Origin: a virus
Taxonomy: Duplodnaviria; Caudoviricetes
Direction: 5' to 3' (one strand)
Virus record (IMG/VR): IMGVR_UViG_3300049924_000165
Location: 1 to 51,256 of that record
Length of the DNA stretch: 51,256 nt
Part shown: piece after piece, positions 38,033 through 47,004 of the stretch
Numbering within the stretch: the stretch's first letter is position 1
How the letters are laid out: each line of letters opens with the position of its first letter
Made by a program: the position numbers and the translations under genes
The notes under the pieces: model-generated
What the model was told of the DNA's origin: nothing
The model's database searches: none
Seen by the model: only the letters and a program-made list of their open reading frames with translations

Positions 38033-38251
38033 TCAATAACTCGCCGTTCTCTGGCAGTGAATCAGCCACGACTTACCATCCTTCCAATCGTCACACTCCA
38101 TCGCGTAGTAGTAAGTCGTTTCACTGCGGCACTGGAGGAGTTCGGCGCGCTGGAGGGCGATGAGCTTGTCAGTAGCCCTGACGTATTCGTTGAACAGCAC
38201 CAGGGCCACCACCATGAGCAAACCGGCCAGAAGGGGAACGTAGCGCATCAC
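38033..38251 (-). CDS. Small membrane-anchored protein
   Basis: N-terminal transmembrane segment VPLLAGLLMVVALVLF. Confidence 0.55.
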   Translation of the reverse strand: MMRYVPLLAGLLMVVALVLFNEYVRATDKLIALQRAELLQCRSETTYYYAMECDDWKDGKSWLIHCQRTASY

Positions 38252-38565
38252 GGCTTCATCCGGGCGAGGAGGGCGTCAACGGACTTGTTGTATTTGTCGG
38301 CCCCGCAGTTGCACTCATCATTCGGATATTGTTCGTCAGCACATCCATCTTCCGAAAGCGGGCACGAATACCATGAATCCTCGCAGTAGTAATGGTCGCG
38401 CTTTGACTTAAGCAACGCCTCCCTAAGCTCGTCCTGCTGCCGCTCAAGGTCGCGGGCGTGATCTAGCAATGGAAGGTAGTAGGACCTATCAAACAGGCGC
38501 GTTTCACGAATGAACGATTCGGATGGAACTAGCGCGTCTGTAATGGGCGTGGGTCGTTCGCTCAT
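38248..38565 (-). CDS. Cys-rich hypothetical protein
   Basis: HYYCEDSWYSCP...CNCGA. Confidence 0.6.
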   Translation of the reverse strand: MSERPTPITDALVPSESFIRETRLFDRSYYLPLLDHARDLERQQDELREALLKSKRDHYYCEDSWYSCPLSEDGCADEQYPNDECNCGADKYNKSVDALLARMKP

Positions 38566-38762
38566 GGCTTCACTTGGATTTCGAGAGCAATCGCTTCCAT
38601 AAATAATTGGCCTGCTGATTTCGTGAGCGTTCCTTCTTCTAAGAGTGTCCGTAACGCCGCGATTCCACGATTAACAGCGGCCCTACGCGCATACAAATCT
38701 TGAAGAACGCACGGATAGCAGTCCTGCGGCACGGAATGGCGTTCGTATTCGCTCATCTTCAT
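38562..38762 (-). CDS. Hypothetical protein
   Basis: Coupled 66-aa ORF. Confidence 0.5.
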   Translation of the reverse strand: MKMSEYERHSVPQDCYPCVLQDLYARRAAVNRGIAALRTLLEEGTLTKSAGQLFMEAIALEIQVKP

Positions 38763-38765
38763 CCC

Positions 38766-39458
38766 CTATTCAAGCGCATACTCACGATTCTTCAGCCAAT
38801 CCAGAACCTCATCGTTCTTCCGATAGAACATCTTGGAAGCGACGGGGGCGCAGAGAACTCCGGCGAGGTAAGGCTCCAGCTTTTTCACCTTTTCATCGGT
38901 TGAGCAGATTTGCAGCCACCCGGCAAGGCAGTGGGTCGTCCCGCAAAGAGCTTCCTCAATGCAGGTGTGTTTCTCCCACTCGGAACCATCCTCATGCCAG
39001 TGGCTCATTTCCAGCAGTTCCTGCTTGTCGAGGATGATCTCCCGAACCTTGTCCAGATTGGCTACAGCCTGTTCCGGTGTGGCGGGGGGAACGTCGCAAT
39101 TGGCACCGCCCAAGTCGGCACCGCGCAGGTCGGCATCGCGCAGGTCGGCATTGCTCAGGTTGGCACCGCCCAAGTCGGCACCGCGCAGGTCGGCATCGCG
39201 CAGGTAGGCATTGCTCAGGTAGGCACCGCCCAGGTTGGCACCGCTCAGGTTGGCACCGCCCAAGTCGGCACCGCGCAGGTCGGCACCGCGCAGGTAGGCA
39301 CCGCGCAGGTAGGCATTGCTCAGGTAGGCACCGCCCAGGTTGGCACCGCTCAGGTCGGCACGAACACTGACCGCCGCCTCTACGCACAGTTTCAGGGAGC
39401 CGTATTCACCTTCAAAGAGAACGCGCCCATCAAAGCGTGACTTGATCTGATATTTCAT
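38766..39458 (-). CDS. Pentapeptide-repeat protein
   Basis: About 17 A(D/N/Y)L(S/R/G)x repeats; 15-bp tandem DNA repeats at about 39100-39360; C-terminal CGTTHCLAGW. Confidence 0.92.
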   Translation of the reverse strand: MKYQIKSRFDGRVLFEGEYGSLKLCVEAAVSVRADLSGANLGGAYLSNAYLRGAYLRGADLRGADLGGANLSGANLGGAYLSNAYLRDADLRGADLGGANLSNADLRDADLRGADLGGANCDVPPATPEQAVANLDKVREIILDKQELLEMSHWHEDGSEWEKHTCIEEALCGTTHCLAGWLQICSTDEKVKKLEPYLAGVLCAPVASKMFYRKNDEVLDWLKNREYALE

Positions 39459-39491
39459 TTCATATCTCCTATTCGTCCACGGGTGGAGGGG

Positions 39492-39788
39492 TTACTTGGC
39501 TGCTTGCATCTTCGCCACGCACTCGCAGATGGCGCGGTTGAGGTCGTTATGGCGCACTCCATCGCCTATGCCATCTAAAACTGACTCCACATACCAACCT
39601 ACCGTAGTATTTCTGATGACAAGCACAAACTTCTTCACCAGCGCCATCGTCTGCGCGTCATTTTTCAATGGGTAATATGCGCACTGCGTGGAGTCTGGGT
39701 CTGTCCCAAACCACACATCCGTATCGTCATAGTCAAAATCAAGCCCCATTGCCTTCGCGCAAAGAATTGTGATTTCAAGATCAGTCAC
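39492..39788 (-). CDS. NinX/DUF2591-like protein
   Basis: TDLEI...AKAMG, YYPLKNDAQTMALV, LNRAICECV; GGAGGAGG RBS. Confidence 0.6.
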   Translation of the reverse strand: MTDLEITILCAKAMGLDFDYDDTDVWFGTDPDSTQCAYYPLKNDAQTMALVKKFVLVIRNTTVGWYVESVLDGIGDGVRHNDLNRAICECVAKMQAAK

Positions 39789-40149
39789 GGTCCTCCTCCA
39801 TATTGTCAATCCGGTCACCCAGGTAGGACTGGCCTGACTCGGAGTCGAGCCAATAGTGGCAAAGCTTGAGGCAGGTTTTATTAAGGTTGCGGAGAATTTC
39901 GTAGGTATCATCCTCACTTCCGAAGTTCAGCCTTGCCAAATCACCGGGACTGATAACAGTCTCTATCCCCGCATCGGCAATCAGGTCTTGCAAAGCAACC
40001 TTTCTTGGGCCGACCGACCGACCGCTCATCAGGTCGTCAACAATATCCTCCCTCGCTCGCTTCTCCCAGCGGTCCCACTTCTCCTCGGCCTTCGCTTCAG
40101 AAGCGTCACGCTGGCGTTCGGCAGCGGAGTTACCGTCGGGCATGGTCAT
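39781..40149 (-). CDS. Hypothetical acidic protein
   Basis: GAGG RBS; 122 aa. Confidence 0.55.
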   Translation of the reverse strand: MTMPDGNSAAERQRDASEAKAEEKWDRWEKRAREDIVDDLMSGRSVGPRKVALQDLIADAGIETVISPGDLARLNFGSEDDTYEILRNLNKTCLKLCHYWLDSESGQSYLGDRIDNMEEDRD

Positions 40150-40181
40150 ATAGCCTCAGTTCACTTAAGAACTTCGGTTGC

Positions 40182-40682
40182 TCACGGCTTGTAACGCATC
40201 ACCCAACCGACAGTAGGTTGGGTATAGCCAGATGTAGAACAAGCAGCCCAACCCCCGATCCAATCACCGGGTTTTAACCAGACGCCCGGACCGGGAAGCG
40301 TTCTCTCGCAGGAACGAGCGCCGGGCGCAACGTGACAGAGGTTGTAATACCCGGCGGGATACCAGATATAACCGTTGAAACCACTGGGTGTGTTGTAGAC
40401 GCTATAGTGAACCGATGTAATCCATAGCGTCGTGGTCGGCGGAGCCTCCGCAGGCAGAATCTGATAGTGGCGGATTTTGAACTCCGGCACTGACTCCGCG
40501 CCGCAATTCCACTGTCCCAGGTTCCAGTAGGACTGACACACCCTCCATCCGGCGTTAACCGGATCGTCCTCGCACACCGTTGAATAGTTAAACGGTGACT
40601 GCGCTTTGGCAGACCCCAAAAACATCATGAAGAGTAAAGCAGTGAATCCCACGGATAAAATGAACACCATTCTTTTTACCAT
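40182..40682 (-). CDS. Secreted Cys/Trp-rich protein
   Basis: ATG 40682 after GGGAG; signal peptide ending AKA-Q; six Cys in the mature part. Confidence 0.6.
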   Translation of the reverse strand: MVKRMVFILSVGFTALLFMMFLGSAKAQSPFNYSTVCEDDPVNAGWRVCQSYWNLGQWNCGAESVPEFKIRHYQILPAEAPPTTTLWITSVHYSVYNTPSGFNGYIWYPAGYYNLCHVAPGARSCERTLPGPGVWLKPGDWIGGWAACSTSGYTQPTVGWVMRYKP

Positions 40683-40701
40683 GTTAGCTCCCTGTGAAAT
40701 T

Positions 40702-41649
40702 CTATTTGGACTTCGCCGCAATCGCCTTGTCAAGCCATGCTGCGGCACGCGGGTAGTCTGCTGCACGGATCTGCGCGAAGCGTTCAACCTTCGCGGCTAG
40801 CTTCAGGCGATCTGTGCTGACGCCATTCTCTTGGCATCGAACCTCGAGCGCTGCGGCTTGGTCGGGGGTTATGAAATCTCCCTGGCTATCAGCTTTTCCG
40901 TCTGCTGCCGCGCTCGGATTCCCGTCAACTTTTTTTCCGCCAGCAGCCCATACGGCAAGGCGCGCGCCCGTTTCCACGGTGATAGTTTCGCCGTCGATGA
41001 ACACCTGCCGCAGCATGTCTAACGTATATTTTGTGCCGTGGAATCGGTGCTGCTGGTCGATCCAGCCGTGGATGAACATTTCGTAGAGAATGTCCTCGGA
41101 CTGTTTGGGCTGGAGTTCCTTCGACCGCGCCCATTCCTTTTTGCCGTTGACGATGGTTTCCTCCATCGGATACTTCGCCCTCATGCAAACGATGACGAGC
41201 GGGATCGGAGTCTGCGTCAGGCGCAGCATGAACTCGCGCTGATGGTCGATCTTTGGGCGCTGCCAGACGAGCGGACCTTTCTTGCCGTCTGCCTGATTGC
41301 GTGCCGCCATGTCTAGCACGCCTCCCACACCTTCCCATTCATGACTTCCGCTGTCCACGATTAGGCACTGTAGTTGTGCTTTTTCGGCCACGCTGATGGC
41401 GGCGCCGTAGGTCTTGGGGCTGAACTCCTCGCGCAGAGGGAGCACGGCGTAGCCGCCGACCACGGCATCGTCGGCGTAGGCTTCACCGCGGCCGCTCTCC
41501 GTTTCGATCATTCCCACCTTGGCCATGTCGCCGCAGAATCCCTTTGCTATGAGCAATGCAGATTTCGTCTTGCCACAACCAGATTCGGAATAAAGCCCGA
41601 CAAGCGGCTTGGCCTCGCTGGTGATGGCCTTGCGAAAGGTGTGCATCAC
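40702..41649 (-). CDS. AAA ATPase, Sak4-like recombination protein
   Basis: SESGCGKT Walker A, IETE, LIVDSGSHEWEG.GG.L, VIVCMRAK. Confidence 0.85.
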   Translation of the reverse strand: MMHTFRKAITSEAKPLVGLYSESGCGKTKSALLIAKGFCGDMAKVGMIETESGRGEAYADDAVVGGYAVLPLREEFSPKTYGAAISVAEKAQLQCLIVDSGSHEWEGVGGVLDMAARNQADGKKGPLVWQRPKIDHQREFMLRLTQTPIPLVIVCMRAKYPMEETIVNGKKEWARSKELQPKQSEDILYEMFIHGWIDQQHRFHGTKYTLDMLRQVFIDGETITVETGARLAVWAAGGKKVDGNPSAAADGKADSQGDFITPDQAAALEVRCQENGVSTDRLKLAAKVERFAQIRAADYPRAAAWLDKAIAAKSK

Positions 41650-41894
41650 TCCGCCTGCTCCATCTTTACGCCAGCCTGCGTGAGCCTTATCACGTCGTCT
41701 GTGCTCGCGCGATCGATGCTGATGGTGTCCTTGACGACGTGGGCGATGGCGCGGGCTTCGTTCTTGGCGCGGACGAGCCGCTCGATGATTTGGGGCGGTG
41801 CAACTTGGATATTATCCGGCTCGGCTTGTCCAACCCTCTGCACTTTCACTGTTTCGGCGAGCTTGGTGGTTACTTTCACGGCATAGTCGGGCAT
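41646..41894 (-). CDS. Hypothetical protein
   Basis: RLVRAKNEARAIAHV; AAGGAG RBS. Confidence 0.6.
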   Translation of the reverse strand: MPDYAVKVTTKLAETVKVQRVGQAEPDNIQVAPPQIIERLVRAKNEARAIAHVVKDTISIDRASTDDVIRLTQAGVKMEQAE

Positions 41895-41916
41895 TTCAGT
41901 TCTCCTTGGTTGGTAG

Positions 41917-42138
41917 TTAACGTTTCAAATTCTCGATTGCCGCGTCCATGTCGGCGCGTAGCAATATAGCGGCCGCTTGTCGATTGTGGCGCACTAATTC
42001 TGCTTTCATTTCCGTGTGAGCGAAGGCGCGCCGACCATCCGTCAGCATCATTAAGTGAACGTGAATAATGTCGCCCTTACGCTCGAAAAGGATGCTTTCA
42101 TTGTCGTGTAGAGCGAACGGTGGCAGTAGAACGCTCAT
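41917..42138 (-). CDS. Hypothetical protein
   Basis: ATGA coupling with the upstream exonuclease. Confidence 0.5.
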   Translation of the reverse strand: MSVLLPPFALHDNESILFERKGDIIHVHLMMLTDGRRAFAHTEMKAELVRHNRQAAAILLRADMDAAIENLKR

Positions 42139-43082
42139 GGCTGCAATCCTTGCTTTTCTTGAACGGGATCGGGTCCGAATTCACGCACCAGCGCATCAAT
42201 CGTCGCCCGTTCATCCCACCGCGCCAGCGCCCACGGCGGCGGGGCTATCCAGTGGATGCGTGGCGAATACCCCGGCCAGCGCCCCGATTTGGTGCATTGG
42301 CGCCACAGGGCAATGGCAGCTTCGACCTTCTCATCGGCAATCGCCATGAAAGCGGGGTCCAGGGCTGTCCAGGCGCACGCATACGGGGCTGTATTCTCTT
42401 GGCAGAGGGTTATGCTCCGGCAGTCGTCCGGCGCGCCCGTAGCCCTGTTCCCGCGAAGATATAGGGCATCCTGCAGGTCATAGCCCATCTGGTCGATCAT
42501 CCGGTCGAAGCCTGACGGGTTGGCGCTTCCGCCCGTCGTCTTGTAGCTGATCTGGATGCGGCGATCGTGGCTCATCCAGTCGGGGCGCGCCTTGCACCAC
42601 ACGTCGCCTTCTTGCCACGTAATCGTCTGCTCGGGCGCGCCATCAATCAGCGTCAGGCCCGACAGGTCGGGGCAGTCCGCAATCGCTTGGCGAGCCACCT
42701 TGACCATCTGCTCTATTTCCGCCATGTCGGATGGCAGCACCGGCGTCCTGCCGTTGGCGCGGGCGGCATCGCGCGCTTCCCTGATGGCGTCGTTGGTCCA
42801 TCCCTTCGGGATATTGCCATCGGGATTGGCCTTGGTCGGCTTGCTCCGGTAAAGCGCTGGATCTATCACCGCGAGTCCCGCATCGCCTTCCAGCAGCATC
42901 GCGTGCGCGGCGGTCCCGAGGTCGAATTCCTTCTTTTCCTCGGCCACGTAATCAGGATTCAAGCGGCTGGCGGTCCAAGCGTGCAGCGGCGATTGCGCGA
43001 GGATGATACGTGCCAAACCTGCCGATAGGAATGGCAGCGCGTGATATTCGGCTGCGGTCATGGAATGTATTCCGGGTTGCAC
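42135..43082 (-). CDS. RecE/exonuclease VIII-like PD-(D/E)XK nuclease (DUF3799)
   Basis: PGIH....EYHA, LGTAAHAMLLE, CKARPDW, YKTT, YDLQDALY, WPGY. Confidence 0.88.
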   Translation of the reverse strand: MQPGIHSMTAAEYHALPFLSAGLARIILAQSPLHAWTASRLNPDYVAEEKKEFDLGTAAHAMLLEGDAGLAVIDPALYRSKPTKANPDGNIPKGWTNDAIREARDAARANGRTPVLPSDMAEIEQMVKVARQAIADCPDLSGLTLIDGAPEQTITWQEGDVWCKARPDWMSHDRRIQISYKTTGGSANPSGFDRMIDQMGYDLQDALYLRGNRATGAPDDCRSITLCQENTAPYACAWTALDPAFMAIADEKVEAAIALWRQCTKSGRWPGYSPRIHWIAPPPWALARWDERATIDALVREFGPDPVQEKQGLQP

Positions 43083-43237
43083 TTCTCATGCTCCTAAAAA
43101 TATCAACGCGCATGCGCCCATCACCATCACGGCGACGAATACCAATCGGTCCCACGTATCCGGCGGCACATAGAGCCAGCCCGGCTCGCGATGGTTGCTC
43201 ACGCGCGGGAAGCGGTAGTGGTTTGGGTTGAAGTCGC

Positions 43238-43537
43238 TCATGGGTGCGCCCTATGAGCTTTCGCCATCGCAGCGGATACTTGCTCAGGGCTTTTCGTTTT
43301 GAGTTTTTCCGTCGCCATGTCTATTGCCTCCTGTCTAGTTCTGCCGTGGCCGACACGGAATCCAGTCTCTACGTTACTGACCGCCCAATCTGCAAACCAG
43401 CGTTCTTCGCGCGGATACCGATGCACGGCAAAGGTTGCGACGCTTGCAGCATGCGGCGCAATTTCGATGATTTCCGCGTCAACAACTTTCCACTTGCCGC
43501 CGCCATTAGACCAATCAATCGGGAGCTTGATCTTCAC
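43238..43537 (-). CDS. Hypothetical protein
   Basis: GTG start after AAGG; FAVHR...WAVSNVETG. Confidence 0.55.
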   Translation of the reverse strand: MKIKLPIDWSNGGGKWKVVDAEIIEIAPHAASVATFAVHRYPREERWFADWAVSNVETGFRVGHGRTRQEAIDMATEKLKTKSPEQVSAAMAKAHRAHP

Positions 43538-43674
43538 GCAGGCACCTTCATCGGATAGCGCGGCTGCATCGTGAACCTGCAACGAATCGGCCCGCAATAC
43601 AGGCTGCGGCAATGCGGGCAGGGAGTGAGAACGGGTGGTTTTTGTGTGTTCATGGGAGGGGACAGGGATGAGAG

Positions 43675-43995
43675 TTAGATAATTTCAGTGCGCCCCGTTT
43701 TTTCGGTTGGTGTCCAATTGCCTCGCGGGGTGCGTTCATGCCATTTGCCTTTCTCGCGCAAATGCTCGTTAAGAACGTCGCTCATATGGTCATACTCAAA
43801 TCTTGCTTCTGGATTTGCATGGTCATAACAGACCGCCCAGGGCGCAATGCGCAAGTCAGCGGATTGAGTGCCGTCAGACCATTTCACCGTTCCGATGTAA
43901 AACCATTCGGCAACCTTTTTGTAAGTGTCATGCCCGACAGCCGAAATCTCGGTTATCCGTCCGCCGTGTTTGTGTTCCAGGTATTTTGTTAGCAT
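43675..43995 (-). CDS. Hypothetical protein, first gene of the leftward operon
   Basis: AGAGGAG RBS; 106 aa. Confidence 0.6.
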   Translation of the reverse strand: MLTKYLEHKHGGRITEISAVGHDTYKKVAEWFYIGTVKWSDGTQSADLRIAPWAVCYDHANPEARFEYDHMSDVLNEHLREKGKWHERTPRGNWTPTEKTGRTEII

Positions 43996-43999
43996 CGTT

Positions 44000-44149
44000 C
44001 TCTCCTCTGTGAATTAGCCTACGCGGTAATGCTGCGCCTTTAGCAAGCAGAACGCAAGCCCTTTTTGAACAATTGCCTAAGTGCTTGATTAGCAAGCAAG
44101 CAATGAAAGGCTTGCAAGCATATGCGCTTTCGTGCCTATAATGCGCTTC
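44000..44149. promoter_or_regulatory. Divergent early control region with GCAAGC repeats and TATAAT
   Basis: Strand switch point. GCAAGC at 44043, 44054, 44092, 44096 and 44114; TTGCAA 44112-44117; TATAAT 44137-44142. Confidence 0.65.
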
Positions 44150-44296
44150 ATGGCCAACTACAAGATAGCGCGGAAAACCCAAAGCAAAGGCGGCGATGCA
44201 AGGGCGCTCGCGCTCAGTCCATCACGCAGAAAACAGATAGCGAGAGCGGCGGCGAAAGCGCGTTGGGCCAACGGCAAGGCGAGGAAAGCGGCATGA
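44150..44296 (+). CDS. Small basic protein (48 aa), probably leaderless
   Basis: MANYKIARKTQSKGGDARALALSPSRRKQIARAAAKARW...; ATG 7 nt after TATAAT; ATGA coupling to the next gene. Confidence 0.6.
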   Translation: MANYKIARKTQSKGGDARALALSPSRRKQIARAAAKARWANGKARKAA

Positions 44297-44475
44297 GCTG
44301 GGCGACGCCGCAACAGCAGGCGCAAAACACATCTAAGGCAAAATTGACACAGCCATTGGCCGACGAAATCAGGCAGTTAGAAGGAACGGCAAGCGCCACA
44401 GCAATTGCGAGACGCTACAACGTGACGCACTCAAGGGTATCGGCAATATGGAAAGGTGAGGCGTGGCGCAGATAG
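44293..44475 (+). CDS. Small HTH protein (resembles the C-terminal DNA-binding module of HNH nucleases)
   Basis: AKLTQPLADEIR...TAIARRYNVTHSRVSAIWKGEAW. Confidence 0.6.
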   Translation: MSWATPQQQAQNTSKAKLTQPLADEIRQLEGTASATAIARRYNVTHSRVSAIWKGEAWRR

Positions 44476-44762
44476 GCAAATTGTCGATTTCATTCGGCGA
44501 CCGCCTCTTGGCGAGAACTGGAGATCCATCCACCTCAGTCCGCTCTGCCGCCCGCTCGTCCGAGTTCCGCGCACGCCACGCCGCCATCATCCTGCAAGCG
44601 CTGCGCGATCACGGCCCGATGACCGCTCACGAAATCGCCGCCGTCACGCGGCTGGATAACGTCCAAATCTCGCGCCGGGGAAAGCAGATGGTCGAGGATA
44701 AGCTCGTCACCATCGGACCCGATGTGCGCGACGGTTGCCGCATCTGGTGCGCCATCCCATGA
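44463..44762 (+). CDS. Winged-helix DNA-binding protein
   Basis: ARTGDPSTS..A, ILQALRDHGPMTAHEIA, ISRR. Confidence 0.65.
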   Translation: MAQIGKLSISFGDRLLARTGDPSTSVRSAARSSEFRARHAAIILQALRDHGPMTAHEIAAVTRLDNVQISRRGKQMVEDKLVTIGPDVRDGCRIWCAIP

Positions 44763-44976
44763 ACACCGCAGCCTCATCGCCGTCTGAAAAGCCGTCAAAC
44801 GATAACCCGCCTGCAAAGCGCGGCGCATCGGCCGCTGCGGTGATCCACATCCAGGGCCAGACCCTCGAAGTCATCGGGGAAGCGTTGATTCACACGACCG
44901 GCAACGACCGCGAAGGGAATCCGATAACTTTCGGATACACAAGTTGTGTTGTTCGTGAAATTGGGAAAGTAGGCGC

Positions 44977-45064
44977 ATGAAGCTAAGCCATGGCCTTTCC
45001 AGAATCCCCACTTACGACACATGGATGAAGATGCATCTCAGGTGTCGCAACGAATTTGATAAAT
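44977..45064 (+). pseudogene. 5' remnant of an HNH endonuclease cut by the IS
   Basis: HGLSRIPTYDTWMKMHLRCRN (HG.S....Y..W..M..RC.N motif) runs directly into the IS inverted repeat. Confidence 0.7.
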
Positions 45065-45225
45065 CCGACAGTATGTACTTAGCGAAAGGGACGCTTTGTG
45101 ATGCCCAACCGATGCCCAACAAGTCACAGCACTCAGTCCAAGAAATCTGTTATTCTTTTCTTATCGTAGGTGCAAAGGAGTGAAAGCCTATGATTATTAA
45201 TATGATTTCAGTTCAATACGACGCT

Positions 45226-45780
45226 CTACCCTTGGAATACAAGCTGGATGAGTGGCGCGCCAGCGGGAAGGTTCACGTCCTCAATAGAGTGGATAATCCC
45301 GCTATCGAGCGCGTATGTCGCATCCTTGGTCTCGGCCTGTCGGAACAGCCGATTGACCTTGGTGCCTTTCAGCGCCGTTTCCTGACTGATTACACTTCCA
45401 ATTCGCTTGTGATCGGCGTCGATCGTCCCTAAGCACTCGCGGAGCGTTTTCTCCTCAAGACGAGTAGGGTTGGTCAGATCGAATCCTACGCCGTGAAACA
45501 TGAAGGTCGAGTGCGGCGAGGCTTTGCGCCTTTTCCCCGCTAAGAAAATCGCGTTGCCAATCGAATCCACGTTCCCCACATTATGCATGGTCGTCTTAAC
45601 CGGCAAACCCTTAATGATGTTGTAGAGCGTCATTCCTTGGGCAACCTCACCACCAGGTGAGGCAAATAAGTAGTAGATATGAGTTGCCCCTTTTTGGAGT
45701 TGATCGAAAGTCGCGGCGAGTAAATTCTGAGTCGTGAACAGGTTTATCTTCGCATTAAAAGAAATATAAACAGTAGCCAT
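45226..45780 (-). CDS. ClpP-like protease (IS cargo)
   Basis: FASPGGEV..G..LYN, VDSIGNAIFLAG (Ser), STFMFH (His), ALDSGII. Confidence 0.82.
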   Translation of the reverse strand: MATVYISFNAKINLFTTQNLLAATFDQLQKGATHIYYLFASPGGEVAQGMTLYNIIKGLPVKTTMHNVGNVDSIGNAIFLAGKRRKASPHSTFMFHGVGFDLTNPTRLEEKTLRECLGTIDADHKRIGSVISQETALKGTKVNRLFRQAETKDATYALDSGIIHSIEDVNLPAGAPLIQLVFQG

Positions 45781-45781
45781 C

Positions 45782-45919
45782 TTATCCCCCCATCTTATTG
45801 GGCCACTTCCTTTTAGGGCGCTGCTTAGTCAGCGCCTTTCTTACGAGCTTCTCCCAGTCGCCCTTTAGTTTAAGGCGCTCTGGTGCTGGCCCTGGTGGTT
45901 TCTTCGGCTTTTCTGCCAT
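45782..45919 (-). CDS. Small basic protein downstream of the transposase
   Basis: MAEKPKKPPGPAPERLKLKGDWEKLVRKAL...; GGAGAG RBS. Confidence 0.55.
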   Translation of the reverse strand: MAEKPKKPPGPAPERLKLKGDWEKLVRKALTKQRPKRKWPNKMGG

Positions 45920-45921
45920 AG

Positions 45922-46881
45922 CTACTCTCCGTCTACCAGTTGACGGTAGGTGAGCCGCTTGTGATTCGCGGCCTTGATCGCCTTCACCATACGCTGGCCG
46001 TCACTCATCGCCCCGTTATCATGCCTGAACTCGAATTCGGATAGGTAGCGGTGCAGATGTTTCTTGCTCACGCTATGGTAAATCCCGTTCAAGCCACGCT
46101 TGAGCATCCCGAAAAACCCTTCGATGGAATTGGTATGCACATCCCCTCGCACATATTCATACATGCTGTGGCAAACCGCTTCATGCTTCCAACCCGCATT
46201 AGGTAAACCGCGATAGCCAGACCATTCATCGGTCAGGATGCGGGAGGATTTGTCCACGTTCGCAGCAATAACAGCCTTAAGCGTTTTTCCAGTAACGTCC
46301 GCCACAACCCTAGGGCGAACACGGCCACCCCGTTCCTTCAATCCCACAACAATAGCCTTCTGCTTCTTGACCGTCTTGTGGCTGTTGTGGATATGGCGCG
46401 GCTTTCCGCCGATGAACACTTCATCCACTTCAACGTCACCCTTCAGCGGCTCAATGTCCTGGGCGTCCATTGCGTAACGGATGCGATGCAGCAGGAACAA
46501 CGCTGACTTGTAGCTGAGGCCGGTCTGCCGGTGAATCTCCAACGCGCTAACGCCCTTCTTGGACGTGGATGCACGATAGAACCCATAGCACCAGTGCTTA
46601 AGCGGGATGCGGCTATCCTCGAATACCGTTCCTACACGCACCGTATATTGCTGCTTGCAATCATGGCAGCGCCACCGGAAGTTCTTTTGACGTTCGCCAG
46701 TCGTAGCGTCCTTCATCTGATAGACACTCAAGCTGCCGCAGTGAGGGCAACAGGGATGATCGCCCCAGCGCTGCTTTTCCATGAATTCAACAGCGGTCTT
46801 TTCATCGGCGCAAGCAAGGGGCACCTCACCAATAGGCGAGTCCTCTTTCGTGGATTGGTTTTGAACAAGCGTCTTTTTCAT
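45922..46881 (-). CDS. IS1595-family transposase
   Basis: Zn ribbon CPHCG...RCHDC, HTH, VEVDE, ILTDE, HTNSIEGFF..LKRG, YLSEFEFR; GGAGG RBS before ATG 46881. Confidence 0.95.
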   Translation of the reverse strand: MKKTLVQNQSTKEDSPIGEVPLACADEKTAVEFMEKQRWGDHPCCPHCGSLSVYQMKDATTGERQKNFRWRCHDCKQQYTVRVGTVFEDSRIPLKHWCYGFYRASTSKKGVSALEIHRQTGLSYKSALFLLHRIRYAMDAQDIEPLKGDVEVDEVFIGGKPRHIHNSHKTVKKQKAIVVGLKERGGRVRPRVVADVTGKTLKAVIAANVDKSSRILTDEWSGYRGLPNAGWKHEAVCHSMYEYVRGDVHTNSIEGFFGMLKRGLNGIYHSVSKKHLHRYLSEFEFRHDNGAMSDGQRMVKAIKAANHKRLTYRQLVDGE

Positions 46882-46900
46882 TTGAACCTCCATGAGCATC

Positions 46901-46932
46901 ATAATACTTGAGTAAATGCATTACGTCAAGTA
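46901..46932 (-). promoter_or_regulatory. Sigma70 promoter of the transposase with an overlapping inverted repeat
   Basis: TTGACG-N17-TATTAT on the minus strand; TACTTGA-N14-TCAAGTA dyad. Confidence 0.75.
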
Positions 46933-47004
46933 AAAAGACGATATTTAAATCCTCATGGATTCAGTACGTTAGTACAAGTGCTTGAAGTACTTGACTTTTT
47001 AGAG

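Noticed and set aside
38910-39440. Repetitive ORFs on other frames (VGTAQ and RHRAG repeats) or a CRISPR array
   Set aside because: These are shadows of the pentapeptide gene; the 15-bp units have no unique spacers and there are no cas genes.
45190-45432. Plus-strand 80-aa ORF inside the IS
   Set aside because: Antisense to the well-supported ClpP-like gene and has no motif.
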